Of a stretch of 64,000 nucleotides of DNA, positions 50,790-63,015 are shown piece after piece. Made by a program: the position numbers and the translations under genes. Each line of letters begins with the position of its first letter. The first letter of the stretch is position 1. The notes under the pieces were generated by a model. It saw only the letters and a program-made list of their open reading frames with translations. It did no database searches and was not told where the DNA came from. Source of the stretch: Macrostomum lignano (lineage: Eukaryota); NCBI GenBank assembly GCA_002269645.1, contig NIVC01000045.1:310001-374000 (forward strand). Direction: 5' to 3'.

Positions 50790-51862
50790 GGAAAGGGTCA
50801 GACCACGCTATAACTACAGATGAGGGAGGTCAGACTGCACTAAAACTACAAACATGGGACGTCAGGCTACACTAAAACTACAAACATGGGAGGTCAGGCT
50901 ACACTAAAACTACAAACATGGGAGGTCAGGCTACAATAAAACTACAAACATGGGACGTCAGACTACACTAAAACTAGAAACATGGGAGGTCAGACTACAC
51001 TAAAACTACAGATGTGGGAGGTAAGACTACACTAAAACTAGAAACATGGGAGGTCAGACTACACTAAAACTACAGATTTGGGAGGTCAGACTACACTAAA
51101 ACTACAGATTTGAGAGGCAAGACTACACAAAACTACAGATGTGGTAGGTAAGACTACACTAAAACTACAAACATGGGAGGTCAGACTACACTAAAACTAC
51201 AAACATGGGAGGTCAGACTACAATAAAGCTACAAACATGGGAGGTCAGACTGCACTAAAACTACAAACATGGGAGGTCAGACTACACTAAAACTACAGAC
51301 ATGGGAGGTCAGACTGCACTAAAACTACAAACATGGGAGGTCAGACTACACTAAAACTACAGACATGGGAGGTCAGACTACACTAAAATTACAAACGTGG
51401 GAGGTCAGACTACACTAAAACTACAAACATGGGAGGTCAGACTACACTAAAATTACAGACATGGGAGGTCAGACTACACTAAAATTACAAACATGGGAGG
51501 TCAGACTGCACTAAAACTACAAACATGGGAGGTCAGACTGTACTAAAACTACAAAAATGGGAGGTCAGACTACAATAAAACTACAGACATGGGAGGTCAG
51601 ACTACACTAAAACTACAGATGTGGGAGGTCAGTCTGCACTAAAACTACAGATGTGGGAGGTCAGACTACACTAAAACTACAGATGTGGGAGGTCAGACTA
51701 CACTAAAACTACAGATGTGGGAGGTCAGACTACACTAAAACTACAAATGTGGGAGGTCAGTCTACACAAAAACTACTAACATGGGAGGTCAGACTACACT
51801 AAAACTACTAACATGGGAGGTCAGACTACACTAAAACTATAAACATGGGAGATCAGACTGCA
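50790..51862. repeat. 32-bp minisatellite GGAGGTCAGACTACACTAAAACTACAAACATG in IF intron 1
   Basis: About 33 copies. Confidence 0.95.
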
Positions 51863-51924
51863 CAAGAGCATCAGATCAGCCTAAATAAGCTTACCTGGAA
51901 ATTACTGTCTGCCCCCCTTTTCAG

Positions 51925-52136
51925 ACCCGCTACCTGCAGGCTCAGAACAAGAAGCTCAAGGACGAGCTGGCCGGCTTGAAAGCCCGCTGGGGCAAGGAGA
52001 CCGAGAAAATCCGTCAGATGTACGACGTGGAGCTGAAGCAGCTCCGCCGTCTGCTGGACGATGCGGAGAGAATGAAGGGCGAGAAGGACGCCAAACTGGC
52101 TTCGCTTGATGCCTACAACAAGGACATGCGAGAACA
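51925..52136 (+). CDS. Intermediate filament protein, exon 2
   Basis: Acceptor CCCCTTTTCAG|; TRYLQAQNKKLKDEL...MYDVELKQLRRLLDD...DMRE; donor CA|GTGAGT, phase 2. Confidence 0.92.
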
Positions 52137-53388
52137 GTGAGTTGCCACCTTGCACTGCTCTGTAATTTCTGTAGTTCACGACCAATTCACGACCATGGGG
52201 CCAACCCAAAAGGTACAGTTTGTGTACATGTCTGACGATTAGAAAGTTAGGGCCACTGTACTTACTGTGCGAGCGTCCAAGTGCTCAGACGTCGGCAGGA
52301 GCATAGCTGCTTGACTTTGTCTTTATGAATTAGTTAAAGAACAACTCCAGTGCTTAAATTAAATCTTTGTTAGACAATTCATCGTTCTAAGATTTTGTCT
52401 TTGACGAAATAAACCCGATTTGAAGCTAATTATAGCTACATGTTAAAGCATTATGCGATGAAAATAAGTGCCCATCCTTGATGGGAGATCCAATGCGAGT
52501 GTTCGACGCCGACTGCATTACCCAGAGGCCAGACAGCTGCTAGTTTTCGTCCGCTTGCACTTAGTAACCAAATCAATTCGACCCGCACCCCGACCAGTCT
52601 GGTCAGTTCGGCTGGACTCTAAGTCATTGATTTTTTTAGCCTACATGTAGCTAGCTCCCATTTGTTGATATACTTAGCTCAGTTGCAATCCCAACTAGAC
52701 TCAGCAATAAACGCAGTCAGCAGTAGCCCCGAGAAAAAGGCGATCGCTCATTTCACCTCCATTTGGTCAGAGGAACTGTTAGCTACTTCTCTCTGCATGG
52801 CTAGCGACAGATTTTAGCAGCACACTAAGCAATTTTTCTTCCCCTTGAAGGGTAGAAGAACTAAAAAAAATATTTTTCCGGCACTGCAGGGGTGGTATGT
52901 GCACTGATTGGACCAACTTCATTTGGGCGGACTGTGCTCAGGTCTTATATAAAGTATATTTCACTTTCTGGTTTCGATATTTATATTCACCAACTCGGGG
53001 TGCACTATTTCTATCGCAGTCCTAGCTAGTTAGCTAGTTACTGTTGACAAGAGATTAAGCTGCTTGCTATTGTATTTTTGTAAGTCTCTATGCATTACCC
53101 CAACATTGTTTAGTCTCGACTTTGGGGCGCATGTAGAAGTCTTTAATTGAAGTCCGGTCTATACCGAATTAGGTGCACATGCAAGAATATATAGTCTGGG
53201 GGGGGGTTATCTGGTGCATAAGCTATTTCTGAGACTATTCAGTTCACGATGGCTTCAAAATCTATTCAGGAACAATATTATTTGTCTCGGTCGTAGCTTA
53301 GGGTTGCTTAACTCTGCCATTGTGGGTTACTGTTATGGTTGCTATGGTACAGATTTCGGTACTTTTATGCTTGTACTTTAATGAAGTA

Positions 53389-56300
53389 CACTGTAAAAAA
53401 TATGTGGCCGAAAAAGTGGCCGAACGTATTTATGAAAAAGTGGCCAACTGTAATTTTCTTTCCGAAACAAGATAGTTTGCTTGTTACCATTGCATTTATA
53501 TAATCATCAGATTTTATATACAGATAAGGCATGAAATCGTAATTTTTGTCATGAATGACGAAGATTAATGAAGTTCAGTAATAAGTGGCCGAAAGTTAGA
53601 AGTCGCTTTGGCATTATAAAAATGAAACTTCCTTTGAAACCACTAGGTTACAGAAAATAAAAAATAAAACTAAATAGTCTAAAATAAGGAAAAACTAAAA
53701 GAAGTCAACTTAAAAAAAACGAATGTTTCTTAAATAATACTTTATGTAATATTTAGACTCGTTTTAGTTATTATGTTTACAGTTTAAAATTGATAGAACT
53801 TATTTGTCCAATCAATTCTCGATTACTTAAAATGTTTAATTTCTTCATTTTCACGAAGCGCTCTCTAATAACCTGATTTCGTAATTTCGTCTATAGCTAT
53901 TTTGCTGAATCTTTTGGATAACATTTTGCTTTTTTGTGTTCCATTGATATTTGCCATTTGTATTTTGTATAATAGCTTTTTATTTAAATCTTTGTGTAAA
54001 AATTATTGTTTTCGCTTGTATTGCGCTTGCTTATCATTTCTTTACCACCTTAGCCTAACCTAATTGACAAAGCACTATCCTGTATTAGCTAGCTCGTTGC
54101 TTTATATATTTTTAGCTATTTCCTGATTAATTGATTTTCCATTGCCTTCTTTGCCTCCAATCTTTGTCTAGCTATTTTGCAGAACCTTTAAGTTTGGGAT
54201 AACATATTGCTTTTCTTGTGTTAGAGCTAACTCTATAATTTGTATTTGCCTTTTTGTAAATTAGGCCAAGGTTACTTTTTTCTTTTAATCTTAGGGTAAA
54301 ACTTGGATTGTAATTGTTTAGCATCTATTCACATTAGCCTAGCCCTAGCCTAATTGACTTAACACTATCCTCCTAGATTGAGCTCTTTACTTATTTCTAT
54401 TTAGCCATGGCACCAGAAATATATTTCTTTTCCTTCAAAGTTATAAAAATTCACTTGGTATTAATTTTTCTTATTTATTTCTTATTATTTAAGATTCTTA
54501 TTACTTATTACTTATTTATTTATTTATTTTCTTATTTTCTTCTTATTTTCTTATCAAGAAAAAGTGTTATGTAATTTTTCGGTTAAAAATAAATGTTTAA
54601 TTATTCATTCGTCACTAATATTTCTTTAATCTCCGATGTCACTTTTTGCATTTGCTATGCCATTCTCTAACTGGGCCAGTGTTGGCACTGCTGCGATTTT
54701 TAATCACCGAGCGATTACTTTGGCAATACTTTTGCATCGCCTGAATTATCAAGAAAAAGTGTTACGTAATTTTTTGGTTAAAAATAAATGTTTAATTATT
54801 CATTCGTCACTAATATTTCTTTAATCTCCGATGTCACTTTTTGCATTTGCCATATGCCATTCGTCCGCTACAATCAAGGTCGTCCTTTGCGTTTTATTGC
54901 TTGCGTTTTTATGAAAATTCCCATCTGTATACTCGAAGGGTGCGTTCGAGTGACTTAAAATGACTTAAACTGCCATTTTAACGTCCTCAGTAAAACAAAT
55001 GTTAAGCAGACTAAATGTAAAAATAATCTAGGTAAATGATAAACATTACAATTAAGAATTAATTCAATTTCTAAAACCGGTCTAAGATTAAAAAAACGTC
55101 GCCTATACTTCTTCCAACTCAACCTGAACGTCTAGGCACCGTTTTAACTTCGCTCGCAATTACCACATTTAATCGTAATTGAATATTTTGTATTCTTCAC
55201 CTTTGTTCTATCATTTGCTTTCACGTCCTTTTGCTCAGTTCGCTGCCCGTCATTATAGTCTTTGAATAATTGCTTAGTACTAATATTGTTTATTTATTAA
55301 TTGTTATTACGTAGTAGTTTATTTGGACTTGGAATATAGTCACTATTTCAGCTTGGTTCTTATTCTTCAATATAGTATCTGAGTGAACTTCATGTTATAG
55401 TTTTGTCTTTCTATTTGTTCTATAGTATTGTATCTATAGTATAGTATTGTATATTGTATTCTATAATATAGTATCTATAGTTTTCTATAGTATTGTCTTT
55501 CTATCATACAAAGGAATTATTCACTTTGGTTGAATCATATTATTTTATTGCTAACTGGCCTATTTTTTTCTCAATGTATTGTTGACTGACTTACCTTGTT
55601 TTTTATTCTTTTCTTGTTTGAATATAGTAATTAGCTCTCATTCATTGTCATTGGACATTACTAGTTATTAATTTATATATTGTGCTTAATTTGTCATATT
55701 TCTTTGCTTCTGTTGACTTGTTTCTTGATTGGTTGAAATTAATTGTCACTATTTTTTATTCATCACAGTCAACTTATATACGAAGTATACCAAATCATAT
55801 TGTCTATAGATTGTATATTGCTGTCCTCTATTAAACCGATGTGAGTCGAACAGTACCTTGACGTTGAAACTCATTAGTCGCAAATGGAATGCGAGAGTCA
55901 TCGATGTTGTCAAAAACATCGACAATTCGAGTTGTTGTCTCAGCATCTTTCAGTGTTAACCTCAGCAATCCATTATCTTGCGTTGCAGTTGCTGGGTGTA
56001 TGCAAGCAGGATATATTCAACTACATGTACGAAGGGGCAGCATCTATATAGCAGCATCTACTCAGATAATCTATATAGTAGTCATTTCAGAAACAAAAAG
56101 TTGCCTACCTCCGACCAAATACTGCACGGCGGTGTCGTAATTAGTCGACTCCACAAGAAGCCTACACAATTGTCCACCATTTTCTATGAAAACATCAAAT
56201 ACAGGCATTGTTATCCAGCGGTGCAGATTAACACTACTTGCAAAAAATGAGTATATGCAACAAGAGAAACTGTAAACAAATTTACAGAGATTGGCACAAA

Positions 56301-57493
56301 ATACAAAAAATATATGAAACTTATTGATGCAGAGGTATATTTGAAAGAAATGTTTTTTTGGTTTATATAAGTTGACTGTGATGAATAAAAATAATAAATA
56401 AGGAGCTAATTACTATATTCAAACAAGCAAAGGAGTAAAAAACAAGGTAAGTCAGTCAACTATTCATTGAGAAAAAAATAGGCCAGATAGCAATAAAATA
56501 ATATGATTTAACCAAAGTGAATAATTCCTTGGTATTACAATAGCTACGGAATAAATAGAAAGACAAAACTATAACATGAAGTTCACTCAGATACTATATT
56601 GAAGAATAAGAACCAAGCTGAAAAAGTACAAAACTCCAATAGAAAAATAATAACAGTAGCAACAATAATAGTGACTGTATTCCGGGTCCAAGTGGACTGC
56701 TATGTGATAGCAATTGATAAATAAACAATATTAGTACTAAGCAATTATTCAAAGACTATAATGACGGGCAGCGAACTGAGCAAAAGGACGTGAAAGCAAA
56801 TGATAGAACAAAGGTGAAGAATACAAAATATTCAATTACGATTAAATGTGGTAATTGCGAGCGAAGTTAAAACGGTGCCTAGACGTTCAGGTTGAGTTGG
56901 AAGAAGTATAGGCGACGTTTTTTTAATCTTAGACCGGTTTTAGAAATTGAATTAATTCTTAATTGTAATGTTTATCATTTACCTAGATTATTTTTACATT
57001 TAGTCTGCTTAACATTTGTTTTACTGAGGACGTTAAAATGGCAGTTTAAGTCATTTTAAGTCACTCGAACGCACCCGAACTGTTTTGTTTAAAATAAAAA
57101 CTCTAACGTGCTTGCTAAAAATATAGTATAACTTTCGTCAAGCATTTAACTATATTATGTGCATGCTTATAGTAGCAATGTAATTCGTTTCTGGATGTCC
57201 TTCTAGTATATATTCTTATTTCTTTTAAAAAATATTATATCCATTCTATGCAAGAAATCGGCATCAGAGAGAAATTATTAACGATGGGAAAACATTGGGC
57301 TGGATAGTGCACGGAAAAGTACGGGTATCTTTTAAACAGCCGCTTTCGGCCACAGAAATAGTGGCCGCTTTCGGCCACTTAATTATAGTGGCCGCTTTTT
57401 AGTGGCCGTACGTGGGACACTCTCGGCCACTAAATGTCCACTTGCGTTCGGCCACTTTTTTGCCACTTTTTCGGCCACATATTTTTTACAGTG
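53389..57493. mobile_element. Non-autonomous CACTA/EnSpm (CMC)-like DNA element in IF intron 2 (4105 bp including nested insertion)
   Basis: Perfect 32-bp TIR CACTGTAAAAAATATGTGGCCGAAAAAGTGGC, TA on both flanks, and repeated subterminal GTGGCCG motifs at both ends. No transposase ORF. Confidence 0.85.
54938..57076. mobile_element. Long-TIR foldback element, PIF/Harbinger-like (2139 bp), nested in the CACTA-like element
   Basis: Ends GGGTGCGTTCGAGTGAC and GTCACTCGAACGCACCC with 3-bp direct repeat GAA on both sides. About 370 bp of arm look identical by eye (54938-55310 vs 56705-57076), with patchy inverted similarity to about 55780/56360 and a non-coding core of about 580 bp. Confidence 0.8.
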
Positions 57494-57644
57494 TACTAAC
57501 TATTGTAGGTACAATTAAAAGTACTGTAACAGATTTTGTTCAAACTGCTGTTCAGGGTGCTCTTGTGGTGTTTTAAGGGGCGTAATTAAGTTGTGGTTCG
57601 GCGTCATGTTGCAATTTAAAAATGTTCAAACCCCTCCAAACCAG

Positions 57645-57927
57645 ACTGACGGAGTCCAACAACCAGAACGAGAGTTGCAACGAGAAAATCGACCGTCAAA
57701 ATCACGAACTATCCGATCGGGACGGCGAGATTGCTTTGCTCCGGCGACGGCTCGCCCAGTTGGAGGGCGAGAAGACGCGAGTGAAGCAGCAGATGATCAA
57801 GATGAAGGAGGATTTGGCCCGTCTCCACACGGACCTGGACGCTGAGACAGCCACTAGAATTGGTGCCCAGACGGAGAATCAGACACTGAAGGAGGAGCTG
57901 GAGTTCCTCAAACGGGTTCATGATCAG
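57645..57927 (+). CDS. Intermediate filament protein, exon 3 (coil 1B)
   Basis: Acceptor CCAAACCAG|A completes the phase-2 Gln; ...ENQTLKEELEFLKRVHDQ; donor CAG|GTCAGC. Confidence 0.92.
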
Positions 57928-58290
57928 GTCAGCATTTGCTTTCAAGAAAATAGGCCTTGAATTTAAAGCCTATTATTCAAGCAATCTTTTGGCTTTCGTA
58001 CAAACCTTCGATCCCTATGGAAATTTTGATTTTTGATTCATTCAGAAAACTACGAGCGCAGTTTATTGGCCTAAGCTAAGCAAATGGCACATGCACACAA
58101 TTTTTGGACAGTAGTTGAAGATGTAGTGTAGTTAAATTTCATGTCTAATTTTTTACTCTAATAGCTCATGTAGAGGGTCACTAGCCCAGAAACTCTTGCA
58201 AAATAAAGCACATGAATATGGACTCGTTAATCAAATAATGAAGCGGTATTGCTAGTTACTAATAATTTTACTATTAAAAATATTTTCCAG

Positions 58291-58449
58291 GAAATCAAGG
58301 AGCTCTACGTGCTAATTAAGAAGGACGAAGATGATAGTCGCGAGTTCTGGAAGACCGAGCTGGGACAGGCTATCCACGAGATTCAAAAGGAGTACGACGA
58401 CAAGGTGGACCTCGTGCGGGTGGAACTGGAGGCTGTCTACATGAATAAG
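58291..58449 (+). CDS. Intermediate filament protein, exon 4 (L12, coil 2A)
   Basis: Acceptor TTTTCCAG|; EIKEL...FWKTELGQAIHEIQKEYDDK...YMNK; donor AAG|GTGAAA. Confidence 0.92.
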
Positions 58450-59026
58450 GTGAAAAATAACGCCGCACACCCTTAATTTAACCAAAATGAATCCGACTCC
58501 CACATGATGTAGCCCGCACCATTTCCCATCCTGTGCATATACTATATAATGTACCCACAACTCCCCCAATCTGTACTGTACTCTGTATTCTGTATGTAAA
58601 AAGCTTCAGACGATATCATACAGAAATTTTCTCTCCAAACCAACATTCTCACGCAACTTATGCAACCCAACTATTGTGTTCCAGTTCCATGAGGTAAACA
58701 ACTAACAGACCATCACATTACCTAAATTTTACGCTCGTAAGACTAACGTCCATTCGTAACACGTAGCAAGTTTATTTATAGCCCATATAGAAAAATCACG
58801 AACGTATTCTTCACAGCATCAGTACCAGTACGCCTCAAGCTTTTGTCACCGCAGTATAAATCCCAAAATATCGCAATATTCCGTCACCGAAACTTCTTTT
58901 ACAGAATTTCTGCTTTCTTATGTCACTGTTTTTGAAATAGCTGTAATTAACTTTTGTCGGGGTTAAATGCTTACCGTAAATTCAATGTTTTCTAGTTTAA
59001 AATAATCAAAATTTAGTCCTTCAGAG

Positions 59027-60885
59027 GGTGCAGCTACCACTTCAATGGGTCTCTCAGTGGGTGCAGCTACCACTTTCATGGGTCTCTCGGTGAGTGCAGC
59101 TACCACTTCAATGGGTCTCTCAGTGGGTGCAGCTACCACTTCAATGGGTCTCTCAGTGGGTGCAGCTACCACTTTCATGGGTCTCTCGGTGGGTGCAGCT
59201 ACCACTTCAAAGGGTCTCTCAGTGGGTGCAGCTACCACTTCAATGGGTCTCTCAGTGGGTGCAGCTACCACTTCAATGGGTCTCTCAGTGGGTGCAGCTA
59301 CCACTTTCATGGGTCTCTCGGTGGGTGCAGCTACCACTTTAATGGGTCTTTCAGTGGGTGCAGTTACCACTTCAATGGGTCTCTCAGTGGGTGCAGCTAC
59401 CACTTTCATGGGTCTCTCGGTGGGTGCAGCTACCACTTCAATGGGTCTCTCAGTGGGTTCAGCTACCACTTCAATGGGTCTCTCAGTGGGTGCAGCTACC
59501 ACTTTCATGGGTCTCTCGGTGAGTGCAGCTACCACTTCAATGGGTCTCTCAGTGGGTGCAGCTACCACTTCAATGGGTCTCTCAGTGGGTGCAGCTACCA
59601 CTTTCATGGGTCTCTCGGTGGGTGCAGCTACCACTTTAATGGGTCTTTCAGTGGGTGCAGTTACCACTTCAATGGGTCTCTCAGTGGGTGCAGCTACCAC
59701 TTTCATGGGTCTCTCGGTGGGTGCAGCTACCACTTCAATGGGTCTCTCAGTGGGTTCAGCTACCACTTCAATGGGTCTCTCAGTGGGTTCAGCTACCACT
59801 TCAATGGGTCTCTCAGTGGGTGCAGTTACCACTTCAATGGGTCTCTCAGTGGGTGCAGCTACCACTTTCATGGGTCTCTCGGTGGGTGCAGCTACCACTT
59901 CAATGGGTCTCTCAGTGGGTGCAGCTACCACTTTCATGGGTCTCTCGGTGGGTGCAGCTACCACTTCAATGGGTCTCTCAGTGGGTGCAGCTACCACTTT
60001 AATGGGTCTCTCAGTGGGTGCAGCTACCACTTTAATGGGTCTCTCAGTGGGTTCAGCTACCACTTCAATGGGTCTCTCAGTGGTGCAGCTACCACTTCAA
60101 TGGGTCTCTCAGTGGGTGCAGCTACCACTTCAATGAGTCTCTCAGTGGTGCAGCTACCACTTCAATGAGTCTCTCAGTGGGTGCAGCTACCACTTCAATG
60201 GGTCTCTCAGTGGGTGCAGCTACCACTTTAATGGGTCTTTCAGTGGGTGCAGTTACCACTTCAATGGGTCTCTCAGTGGGTGCAGCTACCACTTTCATGG
60301 GTCTCTCGGTGGGTGCAGCTACCACTTCAATGGGTCTCTCAGTGGGTGCAGCTACCACTTTAATGGGTCTCTCAGTGGGTGCAGCTACCACTTCAATGAG
60401 TCTCTCAGTGGTGCAGCTACCACTTCAATGAGTCTCTCAGTGGGTGCAGCTACCACTTCAATGGGTCTCTCAGTGGGTGCAGCTACCACTTTAATGGGTC
60501 TTTCAGTGGGTGCAGTTACCACTTCAATGGGTCTCTCAGTGGGTGCAGCTACCACTTTCATGGGTCTCTCGGTGGGTGCAGCTACCACTTCAATGGGTCT
60601 CTCAGTGGGTGCAGCTACCACTTTAATGGGTCTTTCAGTGGGTGCAGCTACCACTTCAATGGGTCTCTCAGTGGGTTCAGCTACCACTTCAATGGGTCTC
60701 TCAGTGGTGCAGCTACCACTTCAATGGGTCTCTCAGTGGTGCAGCTACCACTTCAATGAGTCTCTCAGTGGTGCAGCTACCACTTCAATGAGTCTCTCAG
60801 TGGGTGCAGCTACCACTTCAATGAATCTCTCAGTGAGTGCAGCTACCACTTCAACGGGTCTCTCAGTGCGTGCAGCTACCACTTG
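59027..60885. repeat. 33-bp minisatellite GTGGGTGCAGCTACCACTTCAATGGGTCTCTCA in IF intron 4
   Basis: About 56 copies; in-frame unit creates long spurious ORFs on both strands. Confidence 0.97.
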
Positions 60886-61008
60886 ACCGGTCCTTCAGTG
60901 AGAACCAACATTCCAATAATGGGTCCTCATAATCCCTTAAACCTCTTGAAACCTAAAAAAGTACCCATCTCACCAAAAGGGACGATAACCCCCTTTCGAA
61001 TGCTTTAG

Positions 61009-61134
61009 CTACGAGAGCTGGCCAAGAACAACAATCAAGGCACATCGGAGACCACCTATCTTAAAGAAGAAAACAAGAAGATGAAAGACATGATGGCCGA
61101 ACTGAGAAAGAAGATTGCCGATCAACAGGCCAGG
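61009..61134 (+). CDS. Intermediate filament protein, exon 5
   Basis: Acceptor TGCTTTAG|; LRELAKNNNQGTSETTYLKEENKKMKDMMAELRKKIADQQAR; donor AGG|GTAAGC. Confidence 0.9.
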
Positions 61135-61455
61135 GTAAGCTTCAAGTGTTAATTATGAGCCAAATTATCAGTCCACCTGCAGTCTATATGTATGGCTATG
61201 GCCTGGATGCCAATTCTTACCGCACCGGTGATCTGATGTGGCGGAGACAAAGCGTCAACCCTTGTCCCAAAGTTGCCAGAAAGGTACTTGTACTTCAAAA
61301 TGTAAAATGTGCAGTTTGGCAGCGAAGAGGCAAGTTTCGTCAAGACCTAAGCACGCACACGGATGCGTACGCAGACAAAGTCGCACAGGGTGTACAGCAG
61401 CCCTGCCTTTCTCACATGTACGCACTCTGTGACATTGGGGTGGCCTAGGCCAATA

Positions 61456-61673
61456 CAGGGACTACTCAATAACTAAGGACGGGAAACTACAAAAGTTGGA
61501 GGTCGATCTTAGTCCTCGAAAAGCATTACTTGGATAGGTTTCCACCACAAATGCAAACTCACTGGCTACAAGGTAAAACCTATCTAAATAAGGCTTTTCT
61601 AGGACTAAGTTATTAATAGACCGGCCTTCAACTTTTGTAGTTGAGTCCCTTCCCGAGTATTGAGTAGTCCCTA
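61456..61673. mobile_element. hAT-type MITE (218 bp) in IF intron 5
   Basis: 16-bp TIR CAGGGACTACTCAATA / TATTGAGTAGTCCCTA (one terminal mismatch) flanked by the perfect 8-bp TSD GGCCAATA. Confidence 0.8.
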
Positions 61674-61825
61674 GGCCAATATTCTGGCCAATCAAAGGAC
61701 CAAATTAAAGCAGTCAGGTCTTTGGCTTGAAAGTTAGACTCATTACCGCTGTACTACTACTACTCAGCCAAAGTACTGGAAAGAACCGAATGCAAAATCA
61801 AACTCAAATTGCAACATGATTTTAG

Positions 61826-62153
61826 AATGACGCCCTGGAACGCATGATCGAAGAACTACAGCGCGAGCACGAAGTGGAGCGTCGCCGTCACAGTGAGGAG
61901 CAGGAGCGTCTTGGCAAGGAGCTTACCAATACGGAGACGGATCTCAGGCGTGTACTCAACGAACTACAGGCCCTTCTAGACGCTAAGATCAGTCTCGAGC
62001 TGGAGATTGCCGCCTATCGAAAGCTGCTTGACGCTGAGGGCGTAGCCATGGAGAAGGTGGAGAACATCAGCCGACAGGGCAGCTTCCGGACCACCGAAAA
62101 ACCCAGTGTGGTCATGGAGCAGCGGGTTGAGCGGCGCACTGAGGTGCACGACG
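61826..62153 (+). CDS. Intermediate filament protein, exon 6 (end of coil 2B)
   Basis: LQALLDAKISLELEIAAYRKLLDAEG is the IF rod-end consensus (LEIAAYRKLLEGE). Acceptor TTTTAG|; donor G|GTGAGT, phase 1. Confidence 0.95.
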
Positions 62154-62794
62154 GTGAGTCAAGCTGAGTACTTCTCGCACAGTGGCTGGGAGAAGCATTA
62201 TTTATATAATAATCTCAAAATTCCTAGCGGTACCGCAGCGCTCGCAGAGTTTTCGGGTGTTTACTAAATAATTATTCAAATGCAGGGTTTGGCTGTTGAG
62301 TGAGTGCTATATTATGCTAATGCGCGATATAAGATCTACTCCCATGAATTATTGATAGGGTGTAAGGTTCTTTCTCCAACATATCGTCAATATTATTTTA
62401 CAAAACATCATGAGTCGTCATAGATTTTAGAAATCTCATGATACTACTCTCACACGTTGGACATATAGTAAGCAAGTACGATAATCATGAATTTTATTAG
62501 TAACGTTTTTTGTTTAGAAATAGATCAATCCAAACCTAAATAGATTACCTACCGACAGAAAACTCATTCGTACTATAGTGGACTTAGAATGTCTAAGACG
62601 TAAGTTAATCTCACGACTAGCTGATGAACGCTACTGTCTAGCAGACGACAATCCTAACAGTTGAATGTTTTGTACCAAATGTCAATTTTTATTCTAATAG
62701 GTAAAAAAACAGTATAATGCTTGACAATAGTTACATTTGATACACTGAATCAAAGTCGGTCATTCTGGGCTATCACTCGCCAACCAACACGCAG

Positions 62795-63015
62795 CATCTC
62801 GCGCCAGCAGCGGAGGCGGCAGCGGTGGCAAGCAGCTTGGCTACGGAGGTGGCGGTAGCACCGGCGGCGGTTATGAGCAGCAACAGACGACGACAATTCT
62901 GAGACGCGGCGGGGCAACCAGTCAGCTGCAGCAGCCGCAGTCGATGGGTGGTTACAACACCCGCCAGCAGCAGAGCTCATCCGCTGTCACCTATTCTACG
63001 GTTGGCAATATTTGA
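62795..63015 (+). CDS. Intermediate filament protein, probable last exon (Gly/Ser/Gln-rich tail)
   Basis: Acceptor CAACACGCAG|CA fits phase 1; ASRASSGGGSGGKQLGYGGGG...SSSAVTYSTVGNI then TGA at 63013-63015. Joined CDS is 1635 nt (544 aa). A possible alternative donor ACG|GTTGGC lies at 63001. Confidence 0.75.

Noticed and set aside
58963-60886. 366-aa VVAAPTERP and 363-aa MGLSVGAATT repeat proteins
   Set aside because: An in-frame 33-bp minisatellite within IF intron 4; the flanking IF exons join in phase without it.
49435-63015. Calling the IF gene a nuclear lamin
   Set aside because: No NLS, LTD or C-terminal CaaX seen; long coil 1B is shared with protostome cytoplasmic IFs.
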